NCBI GenBank assembly: GCA_040752415.1
Contig: JBFMGU010000071.1
Coordinates: 1 to 42,130 of the forward strand
Length of the DNA: 42,130 nucleotides
DNA from: Myxococcota bacterium
Lineage (GTDB): Bacteria; Myxococcota; JACRCW01
Reading direction: 5' to 3'
The notes under the pieces were generated by a model that searched no databases, was not told where the DNA came from, and was given only the letters and a program-made list of their open reading frames with translations. Shown piece by piece: positions 1 through 9,918 of this stretch. Position 1 is the stretch's first letter; every line of letters starts with the position of its first letter. The position numbers and the translations under genes were made by a program.

Positions 1-117
1 GCGGGACGCCAGGACCTTGGTGATCGCCGCGGTCAGAGACGTCTTGCCGTGGTCAACGTGGCCAATGGTGCCAACGTTCACGTGCGGCTTGCTGCGGTCA
101 AATTTCTCCTTGCTCAT
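1..117 (-). CDS. tuf: Elongation factor Tu, N-terminal 39 codons (continues off the left edge)
   Basis: Manual translation [39 protein letters not shown] has the GHVDHGKT P-loop; GAGGAG RBS upstream; follows the tRNA cluster. Not in the ORF track. Confidence 0.98.
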   Translation of the reverse strand, partial: MSKEKFDRSKPHVNVGTIGHVDHGKTSLTAAITKVLASR

Positions 118-197
118 GTCCGTCTCCTCAAGGTGCTACCCGACGTGCGGGCGAGTTGTTCAGGCGCGTGGGGTCAACAAGGAACTTGGTACTGCGT

Positions 198-273
<76 letters not shown>

Positions 274-286
274 AGGATTCAACGTG

Positions 287-359
287 AGCGGGAGACGGGA
301 TTCGAACCCGCGACATTCAGCTTGGAAGGCTGACGCTCTACCAACTGAGCTACTCCCGC
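287..359 (-). tRNA. glyT: tRNA-Gly(UCC), 3' CCA not encoded
   Basis: GCGGGAGTAGCTCAGTTGGTAGAGC...CTTCCAA...GGTTCGAATCCCGTCTCCCGCT. Confidence 0.96.
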
Positions 360-365
360 AGATCG

Positions 366-452
366 TGGTGCACAGGGATGGATTCGAACCATCGAAGCGC
401 ATGGCGCGGCAGATTTACAGTCTGCTCCCTTTGGCCGCTCGGGCACCTGTGC
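366..452 (-). tRNA. tyrU: tRNA-Tyr(GUA), long variable arm
   Basis: GCACAGGTGCCCGAGCGGCCAAAGGGAGCAGACTGTAAATCTGC...GGTTCGAATCCATCCCTGTGCACCA. Confidence 0.96.
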
Positions 453-486
453 ACAATTCCTGCGTTGGACCTCACACTCCCAAAGA

Positions 487-562
487 TGGAGCTGGCGATG
501 GGACTTGAACCCGCAACCGCCTGATTACAAATCAGGTGCTCTGCCAGTTGAGCTACGCCAGC
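487..562 (-). tRNA. thrU: tRNA-Thr(UGU)
   Basis: GCTGGCGTAGCTCAACTGGCAGAGC...TTTGTAA...GGTTCAAGTCC...CGCCAGCTCCA; the Thr-Tyr-Gly-Thr-tuf order is the canonical tufB operon. Confidence 0.97.
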
Positions 563-617
563 CTGGCAAGTTGTTGTCTCCGGACACCCCGACCACCGGG
601 ATGCGGGAGGGGCGCCT

Positions 618-646
618 CTCCTAATGGGGAGAGGTGGCTGAGTCAA
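618..646 (-). promoter_or_regulatory. Candidate sigma70-type promoter of the tRNA-tuf operon
   Basis: TTGACT-17 nt-TAGGAG about 55 nt upstream of thrU, followed by a GC-rich discriminator-like stretch; the -10 is non-consensus. Confidence 0.4.
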
Positions 647-681
647 GCGACAACTGATGCGTGGCGGTCCAGACGCAAGCC

Positions 682-2082
<1,401 letters not shown>

Positions 2083-2187
2083 GCTCAGCTCGCGCTCGGG
2101 TTCACCGCGTTGTGGGCGTTGGGCAGTCTGCCACGCGCCCCCTCGGTTCCTCCCCCACGCCCTTCCCGGGTATCCCCAATCGATTGT

Positions 2188-4323
2188 TCAATCCACCATG
2201 ACGTCAACCAGTGCATCATCCTGAAGCAACGCATCCACCACTTCCATTCCGGATTCCACCTCCGCAAAGGCCGTGTACTGACCGTCCAGGTGGGGCTGGG
2301 GCGAGTGCGTGATGAAGAACTGGCTGCCACCGCTGTCCTTGCCGCTCAACGCCATCCCCACGACGCCACGCTCGTACGGTCGCGGGTTGTACTCGCAGGG
2401 GATGGCATAACCCGGACCACCGGTGCCGTCCGCACGCGGGTCCCCGCCCTGCACCACGAAGTCGCTGACCACGCGGTGGAAGACCATCTGCCGGTAGTAG
2501 CCACGTCGCGCCAGCTTCACGAAGTTGGTCACCGTGAGCGGGGCGTCGTCGCGGTAGAAGCGGATCACCACGTCACCCTTCTGCGTGCGCAGCGTGGCGC
2601 GCGCGGGCAACTCCTCGGCGGGCCAGAGCGGGGGCTCCAGGCGGGGCAGCGGGGGCGGGGTCTCGCCCAGCGTCGTGAGCGCGGCGTGCGCGGCCCTCCG
2701 CACCCGCGGGCTCTGGTGCTTGAGCAGCGGCCTCGCGTCCTCCACCGCGGCCTTCCCGTTGCACGCCGCAATCGCGTCCAGCACGGCCACGGTGGCCTCG
2801 GGTCCGTCGCCGGCCTGGGTGGAGAAGCGCTTCAGCGCCTTGCGCAGCGCGGGCAGGTGCGTGCTGGCCGGATGGTCCTTCAGTCCCGCGGCCTCCTCCT
2901 GCGCCGCGCCGGGATCCGTCTCGTCGGCCAGGGCTTCCGCCAGCAGGTTCACCGCGTCGGGGGCCTGCACCGCGTCCAAGCCCGCCAACGCACCCGCGGC
3001 CTTCACGCGCACGTGCGGGTCCTTGTCGCGCAGGAACGCCGCCAGCCGCCGCGCCTTCTCCCCCGCGCCACCCGGCAGCGCGGAGAGGACCTCCAGCGCG
3101 CGGGCCTGGGCGCGCCAGGCGGGCTCGTCGGGGGTGCCGCAGGTGATCACGCGCGACGCATTGCCGTGCAGCACATCCAGCCCGCGCGCCACCGCGCAGC
3201 GCAACTGCCACGGCGGCGGGCCCGCGTCGCCACCCGCCAGCGCGGTGTTGAGCGCCTCCAGGCGTGACACCGCCATTCCCGGCGGCGCCTTCTGCAGCGC
3301 CTCCGCCGCGGCCATCACCACGTGCGCATTCGACGCGACGGTGAGCGAGGGCTCGGCGAGCAGCAGGCGCAGCGCGGTCAATCCCGCCTCGCCGATGGCG
3401 GCCACGTCATCCTGGTGGGTGAGCCCGCGCGGGCGCGGCGCCGCGGCCAGGGCGCGGATGGCTTCCACGCGCACGCGCCAGTCCGGGTCCTTGAGCGCGT
3501 TGCGCAGCCCGTTCTCCGCGCCGGCCTGGCCGCTGAGCGCGCGCGCGGCGTAGAGGCGGACGCGCGGATCTCCGTCGGTGGCCAGGCGTTCCAGCAGCGG
3601 CGCAACCTCCACGCTGCGCAGGCGGAAGAGCGCGTAGGTGGCGCCAAAGCGGACGTCGTCGCTGGGGGCCTGGAGGAGCTTGGTGAGCTGGGCGTTGATG
3701 GCGGGGTCCTGCACCGCGTCCGCCTGGCGACGGTGCCCATGCACCCCCAGCGCACGTGAAGCCCACGCCGCCTCCGCGTTGCCGGCCTCCAGGCCGAACT
3801 GCAGGTGGTGCAGCCCCGCGCCGATGGCGAGCGGTCCCAGCGCGGCGTAGAGGCTCTGGCGCACGTCGGCGCGGTCCTCGAGGTGGAGGCGGGCGTCCAG
3901 GACCTTCTCCGCGGTGGCGCGGGCCATGGCGGGGCCGCGGACATTGGGGTCGCTGCCCTTCTTGCCGGCTTTGATCTGCGGCACCAGCAGCGGCATCACC
4001 GGGTCCAGCTCCCCGAGCGCGAAGGCCACGGTCTTGCGCACAGCGGGATCCGGGTCGCCGAGGAACTTCGTGAGCGGTTCCGCCACGGTCCAATCCTGGA
4101 GGCGGCCCAGGGCCAGCGCGGCACGTCGACGCACTTCCGGGTCCGGGTGTCCCAGGTACGCGAGCACGTCCTGCGCACTGCCGCGGGTGAGCTCCAGCTC
4201 CACGACGCGCCGCAGCGCGTCCCCCTGGTTCTGCTTGGCGGGCTCGGCGGACTTCGCGGCCAGGGCCAGCGTCCCGGCGCACAACGCCACCACGACCCAC
4301 AACGGGCTCAGCTTCCTCGTCAT
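2188..4323 (-). CDS. Secreted HEAT-repeat protein with C-terminal cyclophilin-type peptidyl-prolyl isomerase
   Basis: Start moved to MTRKLSPLWVVVALCAG (signal peptide); many DPDxxVR HEAT repeats; FHRVVSDFVVQGGDP and GSQFFITHSPQPHLDGQYT cyclophilin motifs. Confidence 0.92.
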   Translation of the reverse strand: MTRKLSPLWVVVALCAGTLALAAKSAEPAKQNQGDALRRVVELELTRGSAQDVLAYLGHPDPEVRRRAALALGRLQDWTVAEPLTKFLGDPDPAVRKTVAFALGELDPVMPLLVPQIKAGKKGSDPNVRGPAMARATAEKVLDARLHLEDRADVRQSLYAALGPLAIGAGLHHLQFGLEAGNAEAAWASRALGVHGHRRQADAVQDPAINAQLTKLLQAPSDDVRFGATYALFRLRSVEVAPLLERLATDGDPRVRLYAARALSGQAGAENGLRNALKDPDWRVRVEAIRALAAAPRPRGLTHQDDVAAIGEAGLTALRLLLAEPSLTVASNAHVVMAAAEALQKAPPGMAVSRLEALNTALAGGDAGPPPWQLRCAVARGLDVLHGNASRVITCGTPDEPAWRAQARALEVLSALPGGAGEKARRLAAFLRDKDPHVRVKAAGALAGLDAVQAPDAVNLLAEALADETDPGAAQEEAAGLKDHPASTHLPALRKALKRFSTQAGDGPEATVAVLDAIAACNGKAAVEDARPLLKHQSPRVRRAAHAALTTLGETPPPLPRLEPPLWPAEELPARATLRTQKGDVVIRFYRDDAPLTVTNFVKLARRGYYRQMVFHRVVSDFVVQGGDPRADGTGGPGYAIPCEYNPRPYERGVVGMALSGKDSGGSQFFITHSPQPHLDGQYTAFAEVESGMEVVDALLQDDALVDVMVD

Positions 4324-4381
4324 GGACGGATAACCCCACTGGTGGCGGGCGGTGTCAATGGCCCCTGTTCCTGTGGACGTC

Positions 4382-4652
4382 GGAAGACCGGCTTCATCGA
4401 GAACTGCGGGCTTCCGCTGGCGCGGTTCCACCGCCTGAGAAGCCCGCAGCATTGGCGGGACGCGTAAGCCCCGGCCCGCGGAGCGGGGCCAGGGCTTCTT
4501 CCATTGGTGAATGCCGCAGGGATCCCCCATCGGAAGAAGCCCCGGACGGCTTTGCCGTCGCCGGGGCTTACGCATCCCGGCATGCTGCGGGCTTCTCCGG
4601 CGGTGGAACCGCGCCAGTGGAAGCCCGCAGTTCTGGAACAAGCCAGTCTTCC
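4382..4652. repeat. Inverted pair of ~121-bp multi-hairpin units (REP/REPIN- or MITE-like)
   Basis: 4382-4502 matches the reverse complement of 4532-4652; each unit has GGAAGA/TCTTCC ends and two internal stem-loops. Confidence 0.9.
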
Positions 4653-4710
4653 CGCAGCCCACCGGCAGAGGTCTTGGCGTGCTCCCCTCTTGATTGCTAC
4701 GGCCACGCCC

Positions 4711-6207
4711 ATGTCCCGCCGCATGCTTCCGTTCCTGCTGGCCCTCTTCTCGACGCTACCGCTCCGCGCCCAGGTGGCCCTGGTGCGACAGGAGCTGCAG
4801 GCCCCCGGTCGCGTGAACCACGTGGCCAGCCGGGACCTGGACGGCGACGGCACCGCCGAGCTGCTGGTGATCACCCGCCAGGGCACCGACGAGAATCCCA
4901 TTCGTCGCCTGCTGTACTGGACGCCGGGCGCGGACGGCTTCAAACCCCAGCCCACGCAGTCCCTGGATCTCCCCGCCGACGCGGTGATCGTGGACGCGTG
5001 CGACGTGGGCCTGGGGCCCGGCATGGAGATCCTCCTGCTCACCGACCAGGGCCTGAGCGCCTTTGTGCGCAGCGCGCCCGGGCCGTACCCCAGCACGCCG
5101 CAAGCGGTGCTCCCCCTCCCCGCCACCCTCCCCTTCCCCGACGAGGAGGACGCGCCCTTCTATGACATGTGCCACACCCCCAAGGGCGGCAGCGGCGTGG
5201 AGCTGTGGGTGCCGGGTGGTCGCGGGGTGAGCGTGGTGCGTCCGGCGGAGAGCGGCCTGGCCGTGCAGGAGCAGCTCATCATGCGCCCCAAGGCCTACCA
5301 CCTCAGCGGCGACGAGTTCCGCGGCCCACGCGCGCGTCGGGACTTTGCCGTGCTCACCACGCTGGTGATGCCCAAGCTGGTCTCCCTGGACGCAGACAAG
5401 GACGGCGACGACGACCTCTACGCGCTGGTGGAAGACACCGTCTCCCTCTACGTGCGCGAGGGCGGGAAGCTCAGCACGGAGCCGGTGGTGCGTCGCAACT
5501 TCAACCTGCGCAACGCCACCGACCGCGCCAAGCGCAACGCGGTGATGGACGTGATGCTGGGCGACATCAGCGGCGACGGCCTCCCCGACGCCGTGGTCAC
5601 CAAGCTGGCCGGCGGCATGACCAGTCTCAAGACGGAGACGCGGCTGTACCTGGGCACGGGGAAGACCGGGTTCGAGGAGAAGCCGGTGGGGACGCGTCGC
5701 GCCGACGGGTACGCCACGCCGCTGGCCATCCTGGACCTGGAAGGCGACGGGAAGCTGGAGGTGCTGGAGCCGCAGGTGGGCACCGCGCCCATGACCGTGG
5801 CGGGGATGCTCATCAAGCAGCGCGTGGACGTGGACGTGCGTGTGCTGCGCAGCCACGGTCGCGACTTCTACGAGGGGAAGGACATGACGGTGAGCTTCTC
5901 CCTGGACACCAGCGGCGCGGGCGGCGTGAAGGGGAGCCTGCCGCTGCTGGGCCAGGACGTGGACGGCGACGGGCTCAAGGACATCATCAGCCTGGGCACC
6001 GGTCACAAGGTGGAGCTCCTGCGCGGCATCAAGAGCGACCCGCCCTTCGAGGAGGACGAGTCGTGGAGCGGGAGTGTGCCCAGCACGCTGCGCGCGGAGT
6101 GGTACGTGCCCCGCCCCGGCAGCCCCGCCAGCGTGGTGGTGTTCTTCCCCACCAAGGGCAACACCGGCACCATGGTGGTGTTCTTCAACCTCAAGGGAGC
6201 GAAGTGA
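4711..6207 (+). CDS. Secreted FG-GAP/VCBS-repeat beta-propeller protein
   Basis: Signal peptide MSRRMLPFLLALFSTLPLRA; repeated DxDGDG motifs (DLDGDG, DADKDG, DISGDG, DLEGDG, DVDGDG). Confidence 0.85.
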   Translation: MSRRMLPFLLALFSTLPLRAQVALVRQELQAPGRVNHVASRDLDGDGTAELLVITRQGTDENPIRRLLYWTPGADGFKPQPTQSLDLPADAVIVDACDVGLGPGMEILLLTDQGLSAFVRSAPGPYPSTPQAVLPLPATLPFPDEEDAPFYDMCHTPKGGSGVELWVPGGRGVSVVRPAESGLAVQEQLIMRPKAYHLSGDEFRGPRARRDFAVLTTLVMPKLVSLDADKDGDDDLYALVEDTVSLYVREGGKLSTEPVVRRNFNLRNATDRAKRNAVMDVMLGDISGDGLPDAVVTKLAGGMTSLKTETRLYLGTGKTGFEEKPVGTRRADGYATPLAILDLEGDGKLEVLEPQVGTAPMTVAGMLIKQRVDVDVRVLRSHGRDFYEGKDMTVSFSLDTSGAGGVKGSLPLLGQDVDGDGLKDIISLGTGHKVELLRGIKSDPPFEEDESWSGSVPSTLRAEWYVPRPGSPASVVVFFPTKGNTGTMVVFFNLKGAK

Positions 6208-6780
6208 TCAGAGGTGCTCCCACAAGAGCGCCAGGTTGAGCGCCACGGCGTCGAAGGGCTCCGCGCGCACTTTCCGGTCACCCTGGTGGATGCCCAGCAG
6301 CATCCAGGCCTTCTCCTTGCGTCGCAGGACCTCGAGCGTGCGCGTGCTGGGCGTGATGATCCAGACGTGCGCCACCTTGTGCTGCGCGTAGATCAGCAGC
6401 TTGCGCCCGCGGTCATCCTCCTCGGTGCGCGGCGAGATGATCTCGCAGGTCCAGTCGGGCGCCCTGGGGATGGGGCCGGTCTGGTCCTTCCCCGGCGAGT
6501 TGGGCAGGCGCCAGCCAGCGAGGTCGGGAACCAGGACGTTCCGGCCGAACTTGATGCGCGGCTCCACGAGGATGATCCACCCGCCAGGCCCCCCGTCGCC
6601 CACGCGGAAGGGCGTACCCAGCAGGAAGCCGAGGTCGGACTGCACCTGGTTGTGCGGCCGGTTGGGCCGCGGCATCAGCACCAGCTCGCCGTCCACGATC
6701 TGGCCGATCATGTCGTCGGGGACCTTCAGCAGGTCCTCCCACGTTGCCTCCTGCCTGGGCTTGCGCTTCCGAGCCGTCAC
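6208..6780 (-). CDS. Uma2 (DUF820) family restriction-endonuclease-like protein
   Basis: IVDGELVLMPRP..H, VPDLAGW, PDWTCEIISP, K..IYA...V.H.W and AEPFDA pattern typical of myxobacterial Uma2 proteins. Confidence 0.93.
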   Translation of the reverse strand: MTARKRKPRQEATWEDLLKVPDDMIGQIVDGELVLMPRPNRPHNQVQSDLGFLLGTPFRVGDGGPGGWIILVEPRIKFGRNVLVPDLAGWRLPNSPGKDQTGPIPRAPDWTCEIISPRTEEDDRGRKLLIYAQHKVAHVWIITPSTRTLEVLRRKEKAWMLLGIHQGDRKVRAEPFDAVALNLALLWEHL

Positions 6781-6802
6781 AGTGCGCCCATCCTAGCGAA
6801 CC

Positions 6803-6985
6803 GCTGCCCGCAAGGGGGTAGACCCCGTTGCGGGTTGTCGCGGAGCCTTTGCGGGTGGGCGCGGAGCCTTTGCGGGTGCTCGCAGAGCCTTTGCGGGTGC
6901 TCGCGGAGCCTTTGCGGGTGGGCGCGGAGCCTTTGCGGGTGGGCGCGGAGCCTTTGCGGGTGGGCGCGGACCCGTTGCGGGCAGC
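6803..6985. repeat. 21-bp tandem repeat array (6 near-perfect plus 2 degenerate units) with inverted ends
   Basis: Unit GCGGAGCCTTTGCGGGTG(GGC/CTC) at 6840-6965; GCTGCCCGCAA (6803-6813) is the reverse complement of TTGCGGGCAGC (6975-6985). Confidence 0.95.
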
Positions 6986-7003
6986 CCCCAGGCCTTCCGG
7001 GGT

Positions 7004-7993
7004 TCACGCCGGTGTGTCGAGGGTGGCGGCAGATGCGTTGGAGGGCGCGGCACCGCGGCGCGGGAACAGTTTGTCCAACTCATAGCGACCAGCCTTCACC
7101 GGGTCGGCGCCCACCACCGCGCGGCCCCACGGGGCAATGTAGAGCAGGCAGTCCAACAGGAGCCGCTTCACCGCCGCGCGACGGGAACGCGTTGCCTTGC
7201 TGTCCACTTCCACCGACTCGCTCACCCCCACCAGCGGCGCCAGCCTGCCCAACGCCGCGTCCATGTTGGCGAGCAGGCGAGAGGGCTGGGTCACGCCGCC
7301 CATCTGGTCAAGGTAGAGACGGAACATGCGCGTGCCCCGAGCGGCCGCGTTGAACAGCGCATAGGGATCGGTGAAGCCGCGCTCGACCGCAAACAGGCTC
7401 AGCGGAATCCCCACCGCCTGGGCCCAATTGGACAACGCGGTGCGCGCCGCCATCACGTCGCGGATCGCAATCTGCGCATCCTCACTGAGAACCTCGCGGT
7501 CGGCTTCGTTGACGCGCTGGTCGTCACCCAGGCGCTCCATCTCCGCGAGCAGTTGGTCCAGCCAGTCGAAGTCGCGAGCGGTGATGGGAGTCTCCAACTC
7601 CGCGAACAACGGCAGGTCCTCCCGACCCGCCGCCATCTCCCGCGCGTCGGCCAGCAACCGGTCCAGTGGGTACTGGGCGTAGTCGCTGGGCTGCTTGCCC
7701 GGGAGCGCCATCCACGCCAACACCGCTGCATCCACCGCTGCCCGGTCCAGCGCCCCCTCCGGCGGTCGACCCGCATCCGCACGTCGGAGAGCAACGCGGT
7801 TGGACGTACGCCGGCCGAGCGTGTTGACCAGGGGCGGTCGCTCCGCGGGACGCGCGCGACCGGGTCGCGTTGCTGGAGCCGCTTGCGCAGCCTTCTTGCG
7901 CGCGCCCGCCTTCTTCACCGGCGTCTTCTTGCGCGCCGCCGGCTTGGTCTTCCGCACCGCCTGCTTCTTCACCGCCTTCTTCTTCGTTGCCAT
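7004..7993 (-). CDS. Hypothetical protein with a histone H1-like Lys/Ala/Arg-rich N-terminus and an alpha-helical body
   Basis: MATKKKAVKKQAVRKTKPAARKKTPVKK...; purine-rich RBS (GGAAGGGAGG) upstream. Confidence 0.8.
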   Translation of the reverse strand: MATKKKAVKKQAVRKTKPAARKKTPVKKAGARKKAAQAAPATRPGRARPAERPPLVNTLGRRTSNRVALRRADAGRPPEGALDRAAVDAAVLAWMALPGKQPSDYAQYPLDRLLADAREMAAGREDLPLFAELETPITARDFDWLDQLLAEMERLGDDQRVNEADREVLSEDAQIAIRDVMAARTALSNWAQAVGIPLSLFAVERGFTDPYALFNAAARGTRMFRLYLDQMGGVTQPSRLLANMDAALGRLAPLVGVSESVEVDSKATRSRRAAVKRLLLDCLLYIAPWGRAVVGADPVKAGRYELDKLFPRRGAAPSNASAATLDTPA

Positions 7994-8018
7994 CACACCC
8001 TCCCTTCCGGGGTTGGTC

Positions 8019-9407
8019 TCAGCGAATGCCGAGGCACAGACATTCCTTGGTTGGCGCGCTGCCGTTGCTGCAGCTCAGGGGATTCTGGCTGGAATCAATG
8101 GCCGCCGCGCAGGTTCCGCGGGATGTCCCGGCGGTACACGCCGCGTCACAGGTCTGGTTGGCCCCGGCCGCGGTGGCAAAGTACTGCCAGACCCGCCCGC
8201 CAACATCGAGGTCCACCGTACCGCCGATGCGCGCGCTCAGCGCCGAGACCGACACGAACGGCGCCCCCGCGGTCGGCCCGCCGGAGAGCAGCACGTCACT
8301 GGTGGTGACGCTGAGGAGCGGCTTCGTTTCGTCGGCGGTGCGCGCCACCACGCTGGTGATGCCGATGAGCGAGACCACGCCCGTGGACTGCGCCTCCAGG
8401 TTGCCCATGGCCAGCTCACTGCCGTTGCTGGTGACCACCAGGTTCACGTCCACCTTGGTGGTGGAGGAGGTGAGCACCAGGGAGTGCAGGTTGTTGGTGG
8501 TGTCGCGGCCGTTGAGGGTGAGGCCCACTTCCGTGCCGTTGGCGTCGGCCACGGTGTTGAGCATCAGGCTCTCCGTGGTGGCGGTGATGGTGGCGCGCTC
8601 CAGTACCGTGCCCTGCGTGTCCGGACCGGTGAAGCGGAGGCGGGTCTCGGGGGCCCCCGTTTGCAGCGTCAGCGCCTCCGGCCCAAAGCTGGTGGAGTGC
8701 GTGCCCACGTGGAGCTGCGAGACCTGCGGCCCCGACGGCGCCGCGCCCACCTGCACCGCGCCGGCGGTGGCGTTGATGGACAAGAGCGCCCCGCCTGGCC
8801 CTTCGCCGAAGAGCCCGGAGTTGGCCTGCAGGCGCGCGGAGTAGCCGTTGGTGTCCAGCTTCACGGTCCCCACGTAGAAGTTGCCGGAGTCGCCGAACGT
8901 GGCGGCGTTGAGAAGCAACGCGGACTCCACCGCGGAGTTCTCGGTGGCCGCGGTGCCGACCGTGAGGCTCCGGTGGTTGACCTGGGGCGCGGCAGGAACG
9001 TCGCCGACCCCCACGTTGCCCGAGAACACGCCGGTGGTGGCATCCACGCTCCCGCCCACCACGCTCGACGCAAACGGCACGGCCCCCACCTGCACCGGGT
9101 TCAGCGCGTTCCCCTCCACGGTGAGATGCACCCAGATCTCCGGGTAGGCGGTGATCTGGGTCTCGCACTCGTCCAGCGGGATCTGGAAGAAGCCGTTGGT
9201 CACCAGCGTGCTCGAGGTGCCGTCGTCCTCGGTGCAGGACATTCCAACGTCGGGGTCGAAGTTGTCGGAGAAGACGAGCTGGATGCTGGTGCTGCCGTTG
9301 GCCGGTGCGCCGTTCAGCACCAACTGCCCGCTGTAGGTCATCAACGCCCACGCCGGAGCCGCGCACCACCACGCCGCCACCAGGCCACCCAGCCGAACCG
9401 CTCTCAT
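8019..9407 (-). CDS. Secreted fibre/adhesin-like protein (TYxGxL N-terminal domain, beta-rich stalk, Cys-rich tip)
   Basis: Signal peptide MRAVRLGG...APAWA; LMTYSGQL..NGAPANG motif; VPFA and GNVGVG motifs; 6-Cys C-terminus; ATGA overlap with the upstream gene. Confidence 0.75.
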   Translation of the reverse strand: MRAVRLGGLVAAWWCAAPAWALMTYSGQLVLNGAPANGSTSIQLVFSDNFDPDVGMSCTEDDGTSSTLVTNGFFQIPLDECETQITAYPEIWVHLTVEGNALNPVQVGAVPFASSVVGGSVDATTGVFSGNVGVGDVPAAPQVNHRSLTVGTAATENSAVESALLLNAATFGDSGNFYVGTVKLDTNGYSARLQANSGLFGEGPGGALLSINATAGAVQVGAAPSGPQVSQLHVGTHSTSFGPEALTLQTGAPETRLRFTGPDTQGTVLERATITATTESLMLNTVADANGTEVGLTLNGRDTTNNLHSLVLTSSTTKVDVNLVVTSNGSELAMGNLEAQSTGVVSLIGITSVVARTADETKPLLSVTTSDVLLSGGPTAGAPFVSVSALSARIGGTVDLDVGGRVWQYFATAAGANQTCDAACTAGTSRGTCAAAIDSSQNPLSCSNGSAPTKECLCLGIR

Positions 9408-9907
9408 GGCTTTCCTCCCGCGGAGAATCCCCCGGTAATGCACGTTCCGCCGTCGGCGTCGCACGTGCGGGCGCGCTCCATGATCCCGCCCACCTCGAAC
9501 GTGGGCACGTTGGCCGCCAGTCCATGCAGGTCAAACCACCCCTGCACCAGCGCATAAGCCGTGCCCCCGTCGATGCCGCCGCTGCTGCTGCTGGATGACG
9601 TGGAGCTGCTGGCGGAGGACGACGCGCTGGAGGTCGTGGAGCTGGCGCTCGTGGAGCTTGAAACCGAGGCGCTGGAAGACGACGAGCTTGAAGATGACGC
9701 ACTGGAAGACGACGCGCTGGACGATGAAGACGTGGCGGATGCAGTGGAAGAGGACGAGGTGGAGGTGCGCTCTCCGGGGGTGCAGCGGCCCTGCACGCAC
9801 GCGTTGCCCGCGCGACAATCCGCGTCCACCTCACACGGCGCGGCCCCGGGCAGGCACGCCGAGGCGCACGCCAGCAGACCCACCAGGAGCCCCACCCGCC
9901 ACCCCAT
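9404..9907 (-). CDS. Small lipoprotein: Cys-rich knot, poly-Ser linker, C-terminal C..GGF domain
   Basis: MGWRVGLLVGLLACASAC lipobox; CEVDADCRAGNACVQGRC; ~50-residue Ser/Thr/Ala tract. Confidence 0.75.
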   Translation of the reverse strand: MGWRVGLLVGLLACASACLPGAAPCEVDADCRAGNACVQGRCTPGERTSTSSSSTASATSSSSSASSSSASSSSSSSSSASVSSSTSASSTTSSASSSASSSTSSSSSSGGIDGGTAYALVQGWFDLHGLAANVPTFEVGGIMERARTCDADGGTCITGGFSAGGKP

Positions 9908-9918
9908 GCCGCGCTCCT

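Noticed and set aside
6818..6985. Possible CRISPR array
   Set aside because: Units are contiguous 21-mers without unique spacers, and no cas genes are in the window.
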